A DNA stretch of 64,000 bases from Patescibacteria group bacterium (GCA_038064195.1 JBBTTO010000002.1:539722-603721); one strand, 5' to 3'. Positions 40,805 through 50,621 are shown, counted from the stretch's first letter. Notes: generated by a model not told the origin, from the sequence alone. Numbers and translations are program-made.

Positions 40805-41854
40805 CTAAAATATAGTGTAGATTTCCTCACAATTAGGACAAACTTCACCAAATTTTACTTCTCCAGAAGCACAATACCCGCAAGTTTTATCAATTTTTAT
40901 GTCAGGTTTATAGAATGAGCTATATTTTGCTAATAGTTCTTCGGGTATTATCTCCTGATATTTCTCAATAAGATGACTAAAGAATGTTTTGACGTCATCA
41001 TCTTCTATAATCAGCAGTATTTGGTCATTATCTAGGCCAGCTTGAAGCATCTTACATACTTCATTATCGGAAAAGTTAGTAAATAATGATAATCTTCTAA
41101 GAACAGCATGTGTTGTTGCGAATGATGGGCTTTCTACTAAGATTTGAACATAAGGCTCATGTTCTAATTCACTTGCGAGTTTTATATTTGGGAAGTGCTG
41201 ACTGAAAAATGCAGAGAGGGTAGTGTAAAAGAAGATTTGAGAGTTTTTTTCTTGATTCCATTCTTCTTGTAGGAAATCTGAAATTGCTTCAGCACTAATC
41301 TTAGAAATATAGTCTTTATCTTTTGCAATCAAATGTAATCCTTCCTCGTCTGGAACTGCGCTTAGAAGGCTTTCCCAATTTATTGAATCACCATAAGAGC
41401 CATCTTTGCCAGGTGGGTTTCCTATTTCATATCTACGTCTTGCTTGGTTTAGCAACTCAGAAGTAGTAGGGATAACCTTAGCAAGATTAAACAAGTTAAG
41501 AATTAGCTTGTCAGCATCTAAAGACTTATTTTCTATATCTACATGAACTTTTTGAAGGAGTTGATCTTTTGTCCGTATATAATCCCCAATGAGCGATTTT
41601 AGTTTGGAGTATTCTTGATAATCGTGGACGAACCTAGGAAATGAGTCAGGAATTGATTGAACACTCATTACTTTGAGAGAACTGGCAATCTTTGCCTCCC
41701 TATTTCTCCGATACTCGCCTATTGTTTGTTGAGGAACAAAAAGATTTATTTTCTTAGCTTTGATAGCTACCTCTAGTTTTCTAAGTTCTTCAATATCATC
41801 TTTAGAAAAATCATAGAATGTTAAATAAATATTTGTGTCGATAAACAAATTCAT
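40805..41854 (-). CDS. PIN-domain protein (DUF4935-like) with C-terminal Zn ribbon
   Basis: FIDTNIYL, GDSINWESLL, KDKDY; C-terminal CGYC...CPNC. Confidence 0.8.
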   Translation of the reverse strand: MNLFIDTNIYLTFYDFSKDDIEELRKLEVAIKAKKINLFVPQQTIGEYRRNREAKIASSLKVMSVQSIPDSFPRFVHDYQEYSKLKSLIGDYIRTKDQLLQKVHVDIENKSLDADKLILNLFNLAKVIPTTSELLNQARRRYEIGNPPGKDGSYGDSINWESLLSAVPDEEGLHLIAKDKDYISKISAEAISDFLQEEWNQEKNSQIFFYTTLSAFFSQHFPNIKLASELEHEPYVQILVESPSFATTHAVLRRLSLFTNFSDNEVCKMLQAGLDNDQILLIIEDDDVKTFFSHLIEKYQEIIPEELLAKYSSFYKPDIKIDKTCGYCASGEVKFGEVCPNCEEIYTIF

Positions 41855-41875
41855 GAGCTCTATTATATCACTTGA

Positions 41876-42005
41876 TTGACTTTCATTAGCTTTGCTGTTA
41901 AATTCTTTTCTAAGACATAAGAAAGTCATTTCTTAATAGGTGTCTTTTAGGAGTTTTTAAGGCTAAAAGTAGGGGACAACTAATGAATTCCCGCATTTCT
42001 AAGAC
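41876..42005 (+). repeat. 111-bp arm + truncated ftsZ-tail core, copy 5 (core from 41987)
   Basis: ATT CCC GCA TTT CTA AGA = IPAFLR; shares TTGACT, TGTTAAATTC, AGGTGT, AAAAGTAGGGGA and ATGAAT with copy 4. Confidence 0.85.
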
Positions 42006-42745
42006 GTTTTTACTGCGACAATTGAAATATTGGATTCGCCAAACATTGGGATTGTATAGGAGTCAAGTGTTGTAACCAGATTGGATAAATGTCCCCGAAT
42101 AAATCTGACTGACTGTCCAAGAATTTTACTTGTAAATAAAAAATTCCTAAGAACACCTTCATGCCTACCTGACTGAATTACCTTATAGCCATTATTCTCT
42201 ACAAGAGATATAAGATTAGATAATGTATAACGTCGTAAGTGTCCGACCTCTTTATCAAACCTGTTTAACAATCCGAGACGGTACAAGGGCGCATTTAAAG
42301 AAGGAGTTGTAATAACAAGTAATCCATTTGGTTTGAGAACACTTCTGATATCACGTAAAGCTTTTGCATCATCCTCAAGGTGTTCGATAACTTCCGAGAA
42401 TATGACTAGGTCATAGTTTTTTGTTGGAATTTTAGATGGAAATGCAGCATTAATAAAAGTTATCTTTTTATTAAGATTAAATAATTCAGCATTTTTTCTT
42501 GCAAGTTCCACAGCACTTTTAGAAATTTCTATTCCAGTAACTTCTTTACCTTTTGAAGCAAGGTAAAAATCTATCGTACCAACTCCGGAACCTATATCTA
42601 ATATCTTTTTGACTTTTGGAAGGTAGGGTTTTAAAATTCTTATCAAATGACGATATGTAAAATCATTTTCATTGATGATTCTTTTCTGTAGACGTCGATC
42701 TTGATGAAATGCTTGATAGAGAGCTAAATCTTTTTTCATAGTCAT
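41999..42745 (-). CDS. Class I SAM-dependent methyltransferase
   Basis: ILDIGSGVG, EVIEHL, LKPNG and GHLRRY motifs. Confidence 0.9.
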   Translation of the reverse strand: MTMKKDLALYQAFHQDRRLQKRIINENDFTYRHLIRILKPYLPKVKKILDIGSGVGTIDFYLASKGKEVTGIEISKSAVELARKNAELFNLNKKITFINAAFPSKIPTKNYDLVIFSEVIEHLEDDAKALRDIRSVLKPNGLLVITTPSLNAPLYRLGLLNRFDKEVGHLRRYTLSNLISLVENNGYKVIQSGRHEGVLRNFLFTSKILGQSVRFIRGHLSNLVTTLDSYTIPMFGESNISIVAVKTS

Positions 42746-42791
42746 CTTGCAAAGTAGTATATCAGATGAGCCAATCTAGTATAATATTATC

Positions 42792-43808
42792 ATGAAAAAA
42801 TTGAACATAGTTTTCCTTACTCGGTCGTATTATCCCAATGTAGGTGGGGTGGAGAAGCATGTTTATGAGATTTCCAAAAGATTAGCTGCTTTAGGTCATC
42901 ACGTTACTATCATTACCGAGGATACAAAGAGGGAAAAAGGAGTAGATTTTGATTTCCGGCTAAAAAATGTTGATGTCATTGAGATTCCTGTAGGAGGGGA
43001 TGATTGGTTTAAAAAGTTTCGTATCTGGAAATGGGTGTGGCAACATAAAAATATTTTTCTCAAATCAGATATCATCCATTGCCATGATGTCTTTTTCTGG
43101 TATTTACCTTTAGCATTTCTTTATCCTTTGAAAAATGTTTATACCACTTTTCATGGCTACGAAAGTTATCCAATTAAAAAAAAGGCAATTATTTATCGCA
43201 AGATATTTGAATACATGTCCAATCGCACGATCTGCGTAGGCGCCTTTATGACGAAGTGGTATCACGCTCATCCGGCCAAAATGATCTATGGAGCAGCTGA
43301 GATTCCTAAAAAAACTACTGCTCCTAAGAAAAATTCAGCGATTTTTATTGGTCGCTTGGATGAACATACCGGAATTGATGTCTATCTAAAGGCAACAGAG
43401 TTAATCAGAAAAAAAATAAAGAACTTCACCCTCACAGTATATGGTGACGGGCCATATACTGAGCAATTAAAAGGTCAGAAAGGCATCATTTTCAAAGGGT
43501 ACGATCTCTCAGCTGAGAAGGAAATTATTAAATATGAATATGCCTTCGTCTCGCGCTATTTGGCAATTCTTGAAGCGCTGGCAGCTAAACGTCGAGTTGT
43601 CGCAGTCTATGATAATCCAGTAAAGAAAGATTATTTAACGATGACCCCCTTTAAGGACTGGATCGATATTTGTCGCGATGAAGAAGATGTTGCAAAAATT
43701 GTCACAGAAAAAACCGGTAATGAAGCGATAACCAAGGCGTACACCTGGGTTAGCGAGCAGACCTGGGTCCGACTCGCCGAGGTTTATCTTTCTCTTTGGC
43801 AGAAATAA
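42792..43808 (+). CDS. Glycosyltransferase family 4
   Basis: YYPNVGGVE, FIGRL, GDGP and ILEALA motifs. Confidence 0.88.
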   Translation: MKKLNIVFLTRSYYPNVGGVEKHVYEISKRLAALGHHVTIITEDTKREKGVDFDFRLKNVDVIEIPVGGDDWFKKFRIWKWVWQHKNIFLKSDIIHCHDVFFWYLPLAFLYPLKNVYTTFHGYESYPIKKKAIIYRKIFEYMSNRTICVGAFMTKWYHAHPAKMIYGAAEIPKKTTAPKKNSAIFIGRLDEHTGIDVYLKATELIRKKIKNFTLTVYGDGPYTEQLKGQKGIIFKGYDLSAEKEIIKYEYAFVSRYLAILEALAAKRRVVAVYDNPVKKDYLTMTPFKDWIDICRDEEDVAKIVTEKTGNEAITKAYTWVSEQTWVRLAEVYLSLWQK

Positions 43809-45558
43809 TTATATTTTTAGAATGTTTAGTTTTTAGACAAAGATTGAGCAATCCAAAAATTCCTAATGCTATTGCTGTCAAAAGACTCACCATCTTAGCT
43901 ATCCACCGATCAGGAGTATCCCTAAATATCACATCAATTTTTGCAAGCCCTTCCGGAACTCTAAAAGTTATCACACCAGAATATTTTTTATTTTTAAAAT
44001 CAATTGGGGTGGGCTTATTGTTGATCAATACTTGCCAACCAGGATAGTAGTATGTATTCTCTTTCAGAAGCAGTGGAGTAGTCGCGTCGATAAGATACTG
44101 ATGTCGGGTCATGTCATGACGTAGGGTTTTGATCTGGGTCTTGGGCCCTGATAGAACTTCGATTGATTGATTTGGTATAGTTCCAATCCACGACTGGCTT
44201 CTGTCAACTGAGTGGGGAGTTGTGATGTCCACCCAGTTTGGTCGCTCATCAAAGAGTTTTTGCGAATATATCATTGCGTCGGTCATGGGATAGACTGTTT
44301 TGCGATTACCCCAATTTAAAATAGTATAGAGGGAGGTTATCAAGCATAAGAGAACTATAAAATATTTATTTTTGAAAACTTTGACTACAATCCCTGCCAT
44401 TACGGAGATAAGGAAAATATTTTCAAGCATCAGTCTCCAGGTGAACTGAAAATTCTTAAGAAAAGGCAAAATATTCCAAACCGGTCGGGTAACTTCTTGC
44501 ATAAGAGCAAAAAATATTACAAATAACCCTACGACTGCCCCAAGCAAGTAGAACTCTTTATGCTTTACTTTATGTTTAAGAAGAATATATATTGCTAGCG
44601 CAACGATGATCCATTCTGTGTATCCGACATTAAAATATAATTCACCGAAATGCCCCTGAAACAATAAGCCATAACGATTAGGTGAAAAAAGAAAACTCGT
44701 AATAGGGTGGAACTCTATCTTATTATCAGCTACATACCATGTGAGTTTGCCTTCAAAAAGAATTGGTAGCCAATAAAATGCGGTAAGGAGCATACCGATC
44801 AGTAGGCTTATTCCTAAAAGTATAAGAGGTAATATTTTTTTCCTTTTGCTTCTCAACCACACCAAAAATCCATAGCCAACCAACAATGGTAGAGAAACCA
44901 GGGATGAAACTTGATGCGAGAGGATCATTGAGCCAAAAATAAGAGCCTGTATTAGTACAGCATTGAATTCTTTTGTTTCAACAATTTTTTTGGTGAAGTA
45001 AAAAGCAAAAGGAAGAAAAGTCATAGAAAGAAGTTCTCCGATGCTTACTCTAAAATGAAGATCGATGAGATGAAAAGGAGCAAAAAGGTAGAAAATACTG
45101 GCGACAAAAGCAGATTTTTCTCCTAACTCATTTTTTATCCAGATATACATTCCTACCCCTGAGATGATAAATGAAGATGCGATCAGAAGTTTGACACTAT
45201 CGACAAAAGAAAAACCGATAAGGTGGAAGATAGAAGCAATATAATAAGGTAAGAAAAAAATAAAGATATAAACAGGACAACCATACGTCGCGCAGTGCCT
45301 ACCCATCCATTCAGGTATGATATTCCCTTGCATGATGTTATCAAAAAATTGAGCAGTAAATTTAGCATGGAGAGTCAGATCACCGCTTTCATAGGATCCC
45401 TTTCGCAGGATGCTGATAAGTGGCAGTAATGAAATAATAATAAGTAAAGCTAACAAATTTACTTTACGCTTAAAAATTTGCGTGTAGATAAAAAGTCCTG
45501 TCAGTAGTATCCCTGAGGCAATAATGTTGATGACTACCATTTTGTAAGGTTCAAGCAT
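43750..45558 (-). CDS. GT-C-like polytopic membrane protein (YfhO/PTPS-related type)
   Basis: GD..H, P.W, G.P.F.F, APFH, QFTWR and C-terminal YYPGW motifs. Confidence 0.75.
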   Translation of the reverse strand: MLEPYKMVVINIIASGILLTGLFIYTQIFKRKVNLLALLIIISLLPLISILRKGSYESGDLTLHAKFTAQFFDNIMQGNIIPEWMGRHCATYGCPVYIFIFFLPYYIASIFHLIGFSFVDSVKLLIASSFIISGVGMYIWIKNELGEKSAFVASIFYLFAPFHLIDLHFRVSIGELLSMTFLPFAFYFTKKIVETKEFNAVLIQALIFGSMILSHQVSSLVSLPLLVGYGFLVWLRSKRKKILPLILLGISLLIGMLLTAFYWLPILFEGKLTWYVADNKIEFHPITSFLFSPNRYGLLFQGHFGELYFNVGYTEWIIVALAIYILLKHKVKHKEFYLLGAVVGLFVIFFALMQEVTRPVWNILPFLKNFQFTWRLMLENIFLISVMAGIVVKVFKNKYFIVLLCLITSLYTILNWGNRKTVYPMTDAMIYSQKLFDERPNWVDITTPHSVDRSQSWIGTIPNQSIEVLSGPKTQIKTLRHDMTRHQYLIDATTPLLLKENTYYYPGWQVLINNKPTPIDFKNKKYSGVITFRVPEGLAKIDVIFRDTPDRWIAKMVSLLTAIALGIFGLLNLCLKTKHSKNIIISAKEKDKPRRVGPRSAR

Positions 45559-45644
45559 ATATAATTATCATTATAAGCTTTGGGGTTGGTTATGCAAAGG
45601 GCTTGATTTTCCGACCACAATTAACTAGTATGTGATTATTATTA

Positions 45645-46865
45645 ATGAAAAAAAGTAACTCCTCTCTCCGCGTCACTTATGCCAAAGCTGTCCATGATGA
45701 AAAAGAAGAAGCGGCAGTTATTAAGGTCCTCCGCGAACATAGAACAATTCTTGGCCAGGAAACCAAGAAATTTGAAGAAGGTGTTGCTAAAGAATTTGGT
45801 AAAAAATTTGGCATCATGACCAATTCCGGTTCAAGTGCTAATTTATTGGCAGTGGAGCTCCTTAGTCTCCCTAAAGGTTCTGAGGTTATTACTCCTATGC
45901 TTACCTTTTCAACTACAGTTGCACCTCTTATCATGAAAGGGCTGATACCTGTTTTTATTGATGTAGTGCCTCAGACCTATCAGATTGACGTCAGCAAAGT
46001 TGAAAAAGCCATCACCAAAAAGACTAAAGCCCTTTTCATTCCTAATCTCTTGGGAAATATTCCTGATATGGCAGCGCTGAGTCGGATTGCCAAAAAATAC
46101 AAATTATTTTATATCGAGGATTCATGTGACACATTAGGTGCAACGTTTAACGGAAAGCCGACCGGGGTATATTCCGATATTTCTACGACCAGTTTTTACG
46201 GGTCACATATTATTACAGCAGGAGGAGGCGGTGGAATGCTTATGGTTAATAAAGAGACATGGCGAGACAGAGCGAAAGTCTTGCGTGGATGGGGGAGAGG
46301 ATCTGCCTCACTCAATGAATCCGAAGATTTAGATTTACGGTTTGCAACTAAAATTGGCAAAATGCCTTATGACGCCAAATTTATCTTTGGTGAGATTGGT
46401 TATAACTTTTTGCCGATAGAAATGGGAGCTGCCTTTGGTAATGTTCAGCTACAAAAGCTACCAAGATTTCGCCGCAGCAGGGAGCGAAATTATGCCAGGC
46501 TCTCTAAATTCTTTGCCAAATATACTGATTACTTTGCACTGCCAATTCAGGATTCCAAAGTTATTACCCAGTGGCTGTCGTTTCCTTTGACTATTAAAAA
46601 GAGTGCTCCATTCACCAGATTAGATATAGTAACCTATCTTGAACAGCATAATATTCAGACACGACCCATCTTTACCGGAGTTATTACCAAGCAACCCGGT
46701 TTCAAAAGCATAAAACATAGAAATGGTCAAAGATCATTTCCCGCTTCCGAGGAGATTATGGAGAGAGGCTTTGTCGTGGGTGTCCATCATGGCATGGAGC
46801 CCGAACATCTGAAAAAACTTGAAGAGACTATTACAGAATTTGTTACACGTTTCCCCAAGGAATAA
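45645..46865 (+). CDS. DegT-family enzyme with His at the PLP-lysine position (RfbH/ColD-like 3-dehydratase)
   Basis: NSGSSANLLA, EDSCD, TSFYGSHIITAGGGG; no Cys cluster after GWGR. Confidence 0.75.
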   Translation: MKKSNSSLRVTYAKAVHDEKEEAAVIKVLREHRTILGQETKKFEEGVAKEFGKKFGIMTNSGSSANLLAVELLSLPKGSEVITPMLTFSTTVAPLIMKGLIPVFIDVVPQTYQIDVSKVEKAITKKTKALFIPNLLGNIPDMAALSRIAKKYKLFYIEDSCDTLGATFNGKPTGVYSDISTTSFYGSHIITAGGGGGMLMVNKETWRDRAKVLRGWGRGSASLNESEDLDLRFATKIGKMPYDAKFIFGEIGYNFLPIEMGAAFGNVQLQKLPRFRRSRERNYARLSKFFAKYTDYFALPIQDSKVITQWLSFPLTIKKSAPFTRLDIVTYLEQHNIQTRPIFTGVITKQPGFKSIKHRNGQRSFPASEEIMERGFVVGVHHGMEPEHLKKLEETITEFVTRFPKE

Positions 46866-46867
46866 AT

Positions 46868-47752
46868 CTAGAATTTCTCCAAACTACTCATATCAATTAT
46901 ACTTTTGTTTTGCTCGTAGTAACTGTAAAGTTTTTTCAGAGCTTCATCAAGTGGAGTAAAATAAAGTTCTTTGATCTCATTTTTTAGCCGTTCGATATTA
47001 CACGTATATTCTTTCCCTAAGTTTTTATTTTTGATGACTATTGGTTTATTACTTTTTGAGATTGCGATGATTTTTTGAGCAATAGTATAAAGATCGACTT
47101 TTTGTCCGACTCCGATATTGTAGACTCTATACTTTGGAGTATGAGTGAGGAAATATTCAAGTATTTTCATAAAGTCGTCGATATAGAGATAATCAAAATA
47201 TACGTTTTGATTGATAGTTATTGGGACTCCAACGATGCTTTTACAAATTGATTGCGATATAAAACGGATGTCGTAATCTTCGTATTTACCATAAAGCCCA
47301 AAAATTCTCAGGATTACTGCATCTTTATCATTTTCCAATAATTTTGAGCATAAAAATTTATATAAGCCATAATCGTCTTTTGGTATTGATCGTCCGAAAT
47401 TCTCTTCCTTGATATCAATAAGTGGGAATTCTTTATTATACTCAGCTCCGGAACCAAAAAATATAATTTTTTTAAAGTATTTCCGACACCTCAGGAGATT
47501 AACAAACATTCTCAAATTGGGATTTAGATAATTCAGAGTCGGATCGGATTTGCGGGTCCCTCCAACGTTTGCAGCGTGAATGAGAACATCCGATGGATGA
47601 GCTTTAAGAAACTCTCCGACTTTCTCTATATCAAGTAAGTCCAGTTCCCGATGTGTTGGGGCGATGATAGTATATCGGTCAGAAAATGCTTCTTGGATAT
47701 TACGGCCGATAAAACCATTTCCACCGGTAAGGAAAAGAGTAGTTGTTTTCAT
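46868..47752 (-). CDS. NAD-dependent sugar reductase/epimerase (SDR)
   Basis: TGGNGFIG, GSGAEY and YGLYK motifs. Confidence 0.85.
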   Translation of the reverse strand: MKTTTLFLTGGNGFIGRNIQEAFSDRYTIIAPTHRELDLLDIEKVGEFLKAHPSDVLIHAANVGGTRKSDPTLNYLNPNLRMFVNLLRCRKYFKKIIFFGSGAEYNKEFPLIDIKEENFGRSIPKDDYGLYKFLCSKLLENDKDAVILRIFGLYGKYEDYDIRFISQSICKSIVGVPITINQNVYFDYLYIDDFMKILEYFLTHTPKYRVYNIGVGQKVDLYTIAQKIIAISKSNKPIVIKNKNLGKEYTCNIERLKNEIKELYFTPLDEALKKLYSYYEQNKSIIDMSSLEKF

Positions 47753-47758
47753 CAAGGG

Positions 47759-49552
47759 TTAGTCTTCTTTGGGAGGAACTCCTAGCTCATTTTCCATTAA
47801 CTCTTTACGAGAAAGGAAAGGGAACATATCCTCATAGGTCTTAGAGACCATGGTCCCATCCGGCTTTTTGTAGGAGGAAATTCGGGGGACAATTGGTTGC
47901 CAGAGAGGTGTCATCACATCGCAAATGACAGGGCCATCGTAGTCCAAAACTGCTTTTAATTTGCTGGCTAAGTTACGAGATGAAGAGATACGTACACCTT
48001 TTATCTTGTACGTTTTTGCAATCTCAAGCATGTCGGGAAGCCAGAGACCCGTCTCAGGGCTTTCTCCCATAAATCTACCCTCCATATGCGTTTTCTGGGT
48101 ATGGCGGATCAGAAGGTAGCCGTTATTATTAAAGATAAACAATTTGATCGGAAGATTATTTTGTTTTATTGTTGCCAGTTCCTGAATATTCATTGATAGA
48201 CTGCCGTCCCCCGTGATGACAATAGTTCGTTTTTTAGGACTGGTCATCGCTAGCCCAAGGCCTGCGGGCCAGTAACCTAGCGTTGAGAGTCCGCCTGTAG
48301 TCATGAAGCGCTGGCCCTTTTTGATTTTCCATGCCTGACAAACGACATGAAAGCACGAACTTGTATCGATAAGTATGCTATCGTCGTTGCTCGCGATATC
48401 TGAAAGAACATCGCTGAAATAATAGGTATTTACTAATTTTTCCTGTCTGTATTCAGGTAAAGTAGTGGGATATTTTTCTTTCCACTGATTGCAAATTTTA
48501 ACCCATTCACTAAAGCTTGGGAAAATAATTTTCTTTCCTTGTTTGAGTACTTCTGCTATAAATACTTTTGCATCACTCTGAATTTTGAGGTCGATGGAAA
48601 CACCTGGTTTTGCGAGCTCACTTGATTCCAGGTCGACAACAACTTTTTTTGCATTACGTCCCCAGTCTTTCGGATCATAGCCGACAAGTCCGGTATCGAG
48701 TCTTGCACCAATTGCGATGATAAGATCGGCATTCTGAACAGCAAAATTTGCATAACGATCACCATAAAGCCCCGGCCTACCGGCAAAAAGCCTGTTATTG
48801 CTATCGATCAGATCAATGCCGAGTCGTGTAGTGATCACCGGAGCTTTCAAGAGTTTCAGGAGCTCATCAAGTTCTTTTTCTGCATGCGCAATTTTTATAC
48901 CCTGCCCTGCAAGGAGAAGGGGGCGTTTAGCTTTTTTAAGCATATTCAGGAGTTGATTGATGTCGCTTGATCTTGGTTGAGGCGTCGTCTCTTTGGGTGG
49001 CTGAAAATGTGTAAGCAGCTTTTCCGGGACTTGCATACGTTGAATATCAAGCGGGACATCAATCCAGACGGGACCGGTTCTCCCACTCATTGCCAGATAG
49101 TAAGCTTCTTCGAGGTAATAGGCAATTTTTGAAGGATCATCGACTCGTTTAAAGTATTTAGTACTTGCTTTACCAAAGGGGGCCATATTGATGCCTTGAA
49201 TACCGTACTGCCTTATATCATTTTGTTCCATATATTCAATGACTGAGGAATTAGACTGGCCAGAAATGACCATCATTGGGGCAGAGTCAACAAGTGCTCC
49301 GACTACACCGTTGAGAATATTCAGACCGGCCGGGCCAGCAGTTACCATGGCTACACCCAATTCTCCGTAGGCTCTTCCGTATGCTTCCGCAGCCATTCCT
49401 GCTGCTTGTTCATGGTGCGTAAAGATTGGGGTAATTGTTTTGTGTCGGTATACAGAGTCGTTAAGAAACATTGCTTGCCCACCAGTTAGCATAAAGATAG
49501 TTTTAACGCCTTTTTTGACGAGAAAGTTGACGATGTAATCCGCTACATTCAT
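47759..49552 (-). CDS. ThDP-dependent acetolactate-synthase-like enzyme (YerE-like carboligase)
   Basis: HHEQAAGMAAE, TAGP, GPVWIDVP, GDGS...NNNG; inside a sugar cluster. Confidence 0.85.
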   Translation of the reverse strand: MNVADYIVNFLVKKGVKTIFMLTGGQAMFLNDSVYRHKTITPIFTHHEQAAGMAAEAYGRAYGELGVAMVTAGPAGLNILNGVVGALVDSAPMMVISGQSNSSVIEYMEQNDIRQYGIQGINMAPFGKASTKYFKRVDDPSKIAYYLEEAYYLAMSGRTGPVWIDVPLDIQRMQVPEKLLTHFQPPKETTPQPRSSDINQLLNMLKKAKRPLLLAGQGIKIAHAEKELDELLKLLKAPVITTRLGIDLIDSNNRLFAGRPGLYGDRYANFAVQNADLIIAIGARLDTGLVGYDPKDWGRNAKKVVVDLESSELAKPGVSIDLKIQSDAKVFIAEVLKQGKKIIFPSFSEWVKICNQWKEKYPTTLPEYRQEKLVNTYYFSDVLSDIASNDDSILIDTSSCFHVVCQAWKIKKGQRFMTTGGLSTLGYWPAGLGLAMTSPKKRTIVITGDGSLSMNIQELATIKQNNLPIKLFIFNNNGYLLIRHTQKTHMEGRFMGESPETGLWLPDMLEIAKTYKIKGVRISSSRNLASKLKAVLDYDGPVICDVMTPLWQPIVPRISSYKKPDGTMVSKTYEDMFPFLSRKELMENELGVPPKED

Positions 49553-49553
49553 A

Positions 49554-50621
49554 TTAGATCAGGGCTTCTATTTCTGCATTTTTATTTTTAACATTTTTTT
49601 TATTTTTTAGATAGAGGGCGACGTCAATGATAATTCCTTCTTGTCCGGCAATTATTTCTCGTTTGCCAAGCTCTACCAGAATATCACGTGGATCTACATC
49701 AAACCTCTTGCCTGCTTTGACCGCATGTCTGCCAAAACCTGAGAAAACACCAGCCAGGCCGCTTGTAAGCCCGATTCCGTCAATGACCTGAGGTTTGGTC
49801 ATAATAGGTGCAATGATTTTGTCACTATTATCCATAAGCGTATAGAGATCAAGCCCTGTTTTAAATCCCATTTTTTCAATAACAGCTACAAAAACTTCCA
49901 GTTGACAGTTCCCGGCACCAGCTCCCATTCCTCGAGAAGTAGTGTCGATGATAGTTGCACCAGCTTCAACTGCCGCCACTGAATTCATTACAGCCAGACT
50001 CAAATTATTATGAGCATGAAAACCCACCTCAACTGAAAGACCATTGACGAGTATTCCGACTTTCTCTGTTACATCCTCTGGGAGATAAGCTCCTGCAGAG
50101 TCCATTAAAAGTACACCTTTTACACCATATGCTTGCATTAAGAGTGCTTGCGCGAGAAGTTCTTTGCTGGAGATCATATGCGACATCATCAGTACACCAT
50201 ATGTGGTGAGCTCTTTTTTTTTGGCATGGAGGAGATGCTCTTTGGTGACATTGGCTTCTGTACAATGTGTCGCTACCATTAGGGTCTCAAGGCCTGCTTC
50301 TATTGCCGGGTCAAGATCATCTGTAATCGTACCAAACCCAGGAATCAAAAAAGCACCCAGCTTGGTGTTTTTAAGTTCTTTTTTTGCTGTCATGAGCATC
50401 TCCTTATCACTCAGTAAAGATTTACCTAGTTGAATAGAAGAAGCGCCAAGTCCGTTACCATGCCCGACGATAAGTAGCTCTATCCCTGCTTTCTCAGCCC
50501 CTCTGGCATAGTCTTTGATATGTTCTTTACTAAATTGATGGGCAATTGCATGTGATCCGTCTCGAAGCGTTGAGTCCACTACTAAAAGTTTTTTTCCTGA
50601 TGTGTTATTTTTGTTTTGCAT
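49554..50621 (-). CDS. dmpG: 4-hydroxy-2-oxovalerate aldolase
   Basis: DSTLRDGSH, GHGNGLG, HCTEA, DSAG, HAHNNL and GAGAGN motifs. Confidence 0.9.
   Translation of the reverse strand: MQNKNNTSGKKLLVVDSTLRDGSHAIAHQFSKEHIKDYARGAEKAGIELLIVGHGNGLGASSIQLGKSLLSDKEMLMTAKKELKNTKLGAFLIPGFGTITDDLDPAIEAGLETLMVATHCTEANVTKEHLLHAKKKELTTYGVLMMSHMISSKELLAQALLMQAYGVKGVLLMDSAGAYLPEDVTEKVGILVNGLSVEVGFHAHNNLSLAVMNSVAAVEAGATIIDTTSRGMGAGAGNCQLEVFVAVIEKMGFKTGLDLYTLMDNSDKIIAPIMTKPQVIDGIGLTSGLAGVFSGFGRHAVKAGKRFDVDPRDILVELGKREIIAGQEGIIIDVALYLKNKKNVKNKNAEIEALI

Noticed and set aside
37851-42005. Classical tRNA-targeted island
   Set aside because: No duplication of the tRNA 3' end was seen at the far side and there is no integrase; the boundaries match ftsZ-tail repeats instead.
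47759-49552. ilvB for branched-chain amino acid synthesis
   Set aside because: No small subunit or ilvC/ilvD nearby; the context fits a YerE-like sugar-branching enzyme.
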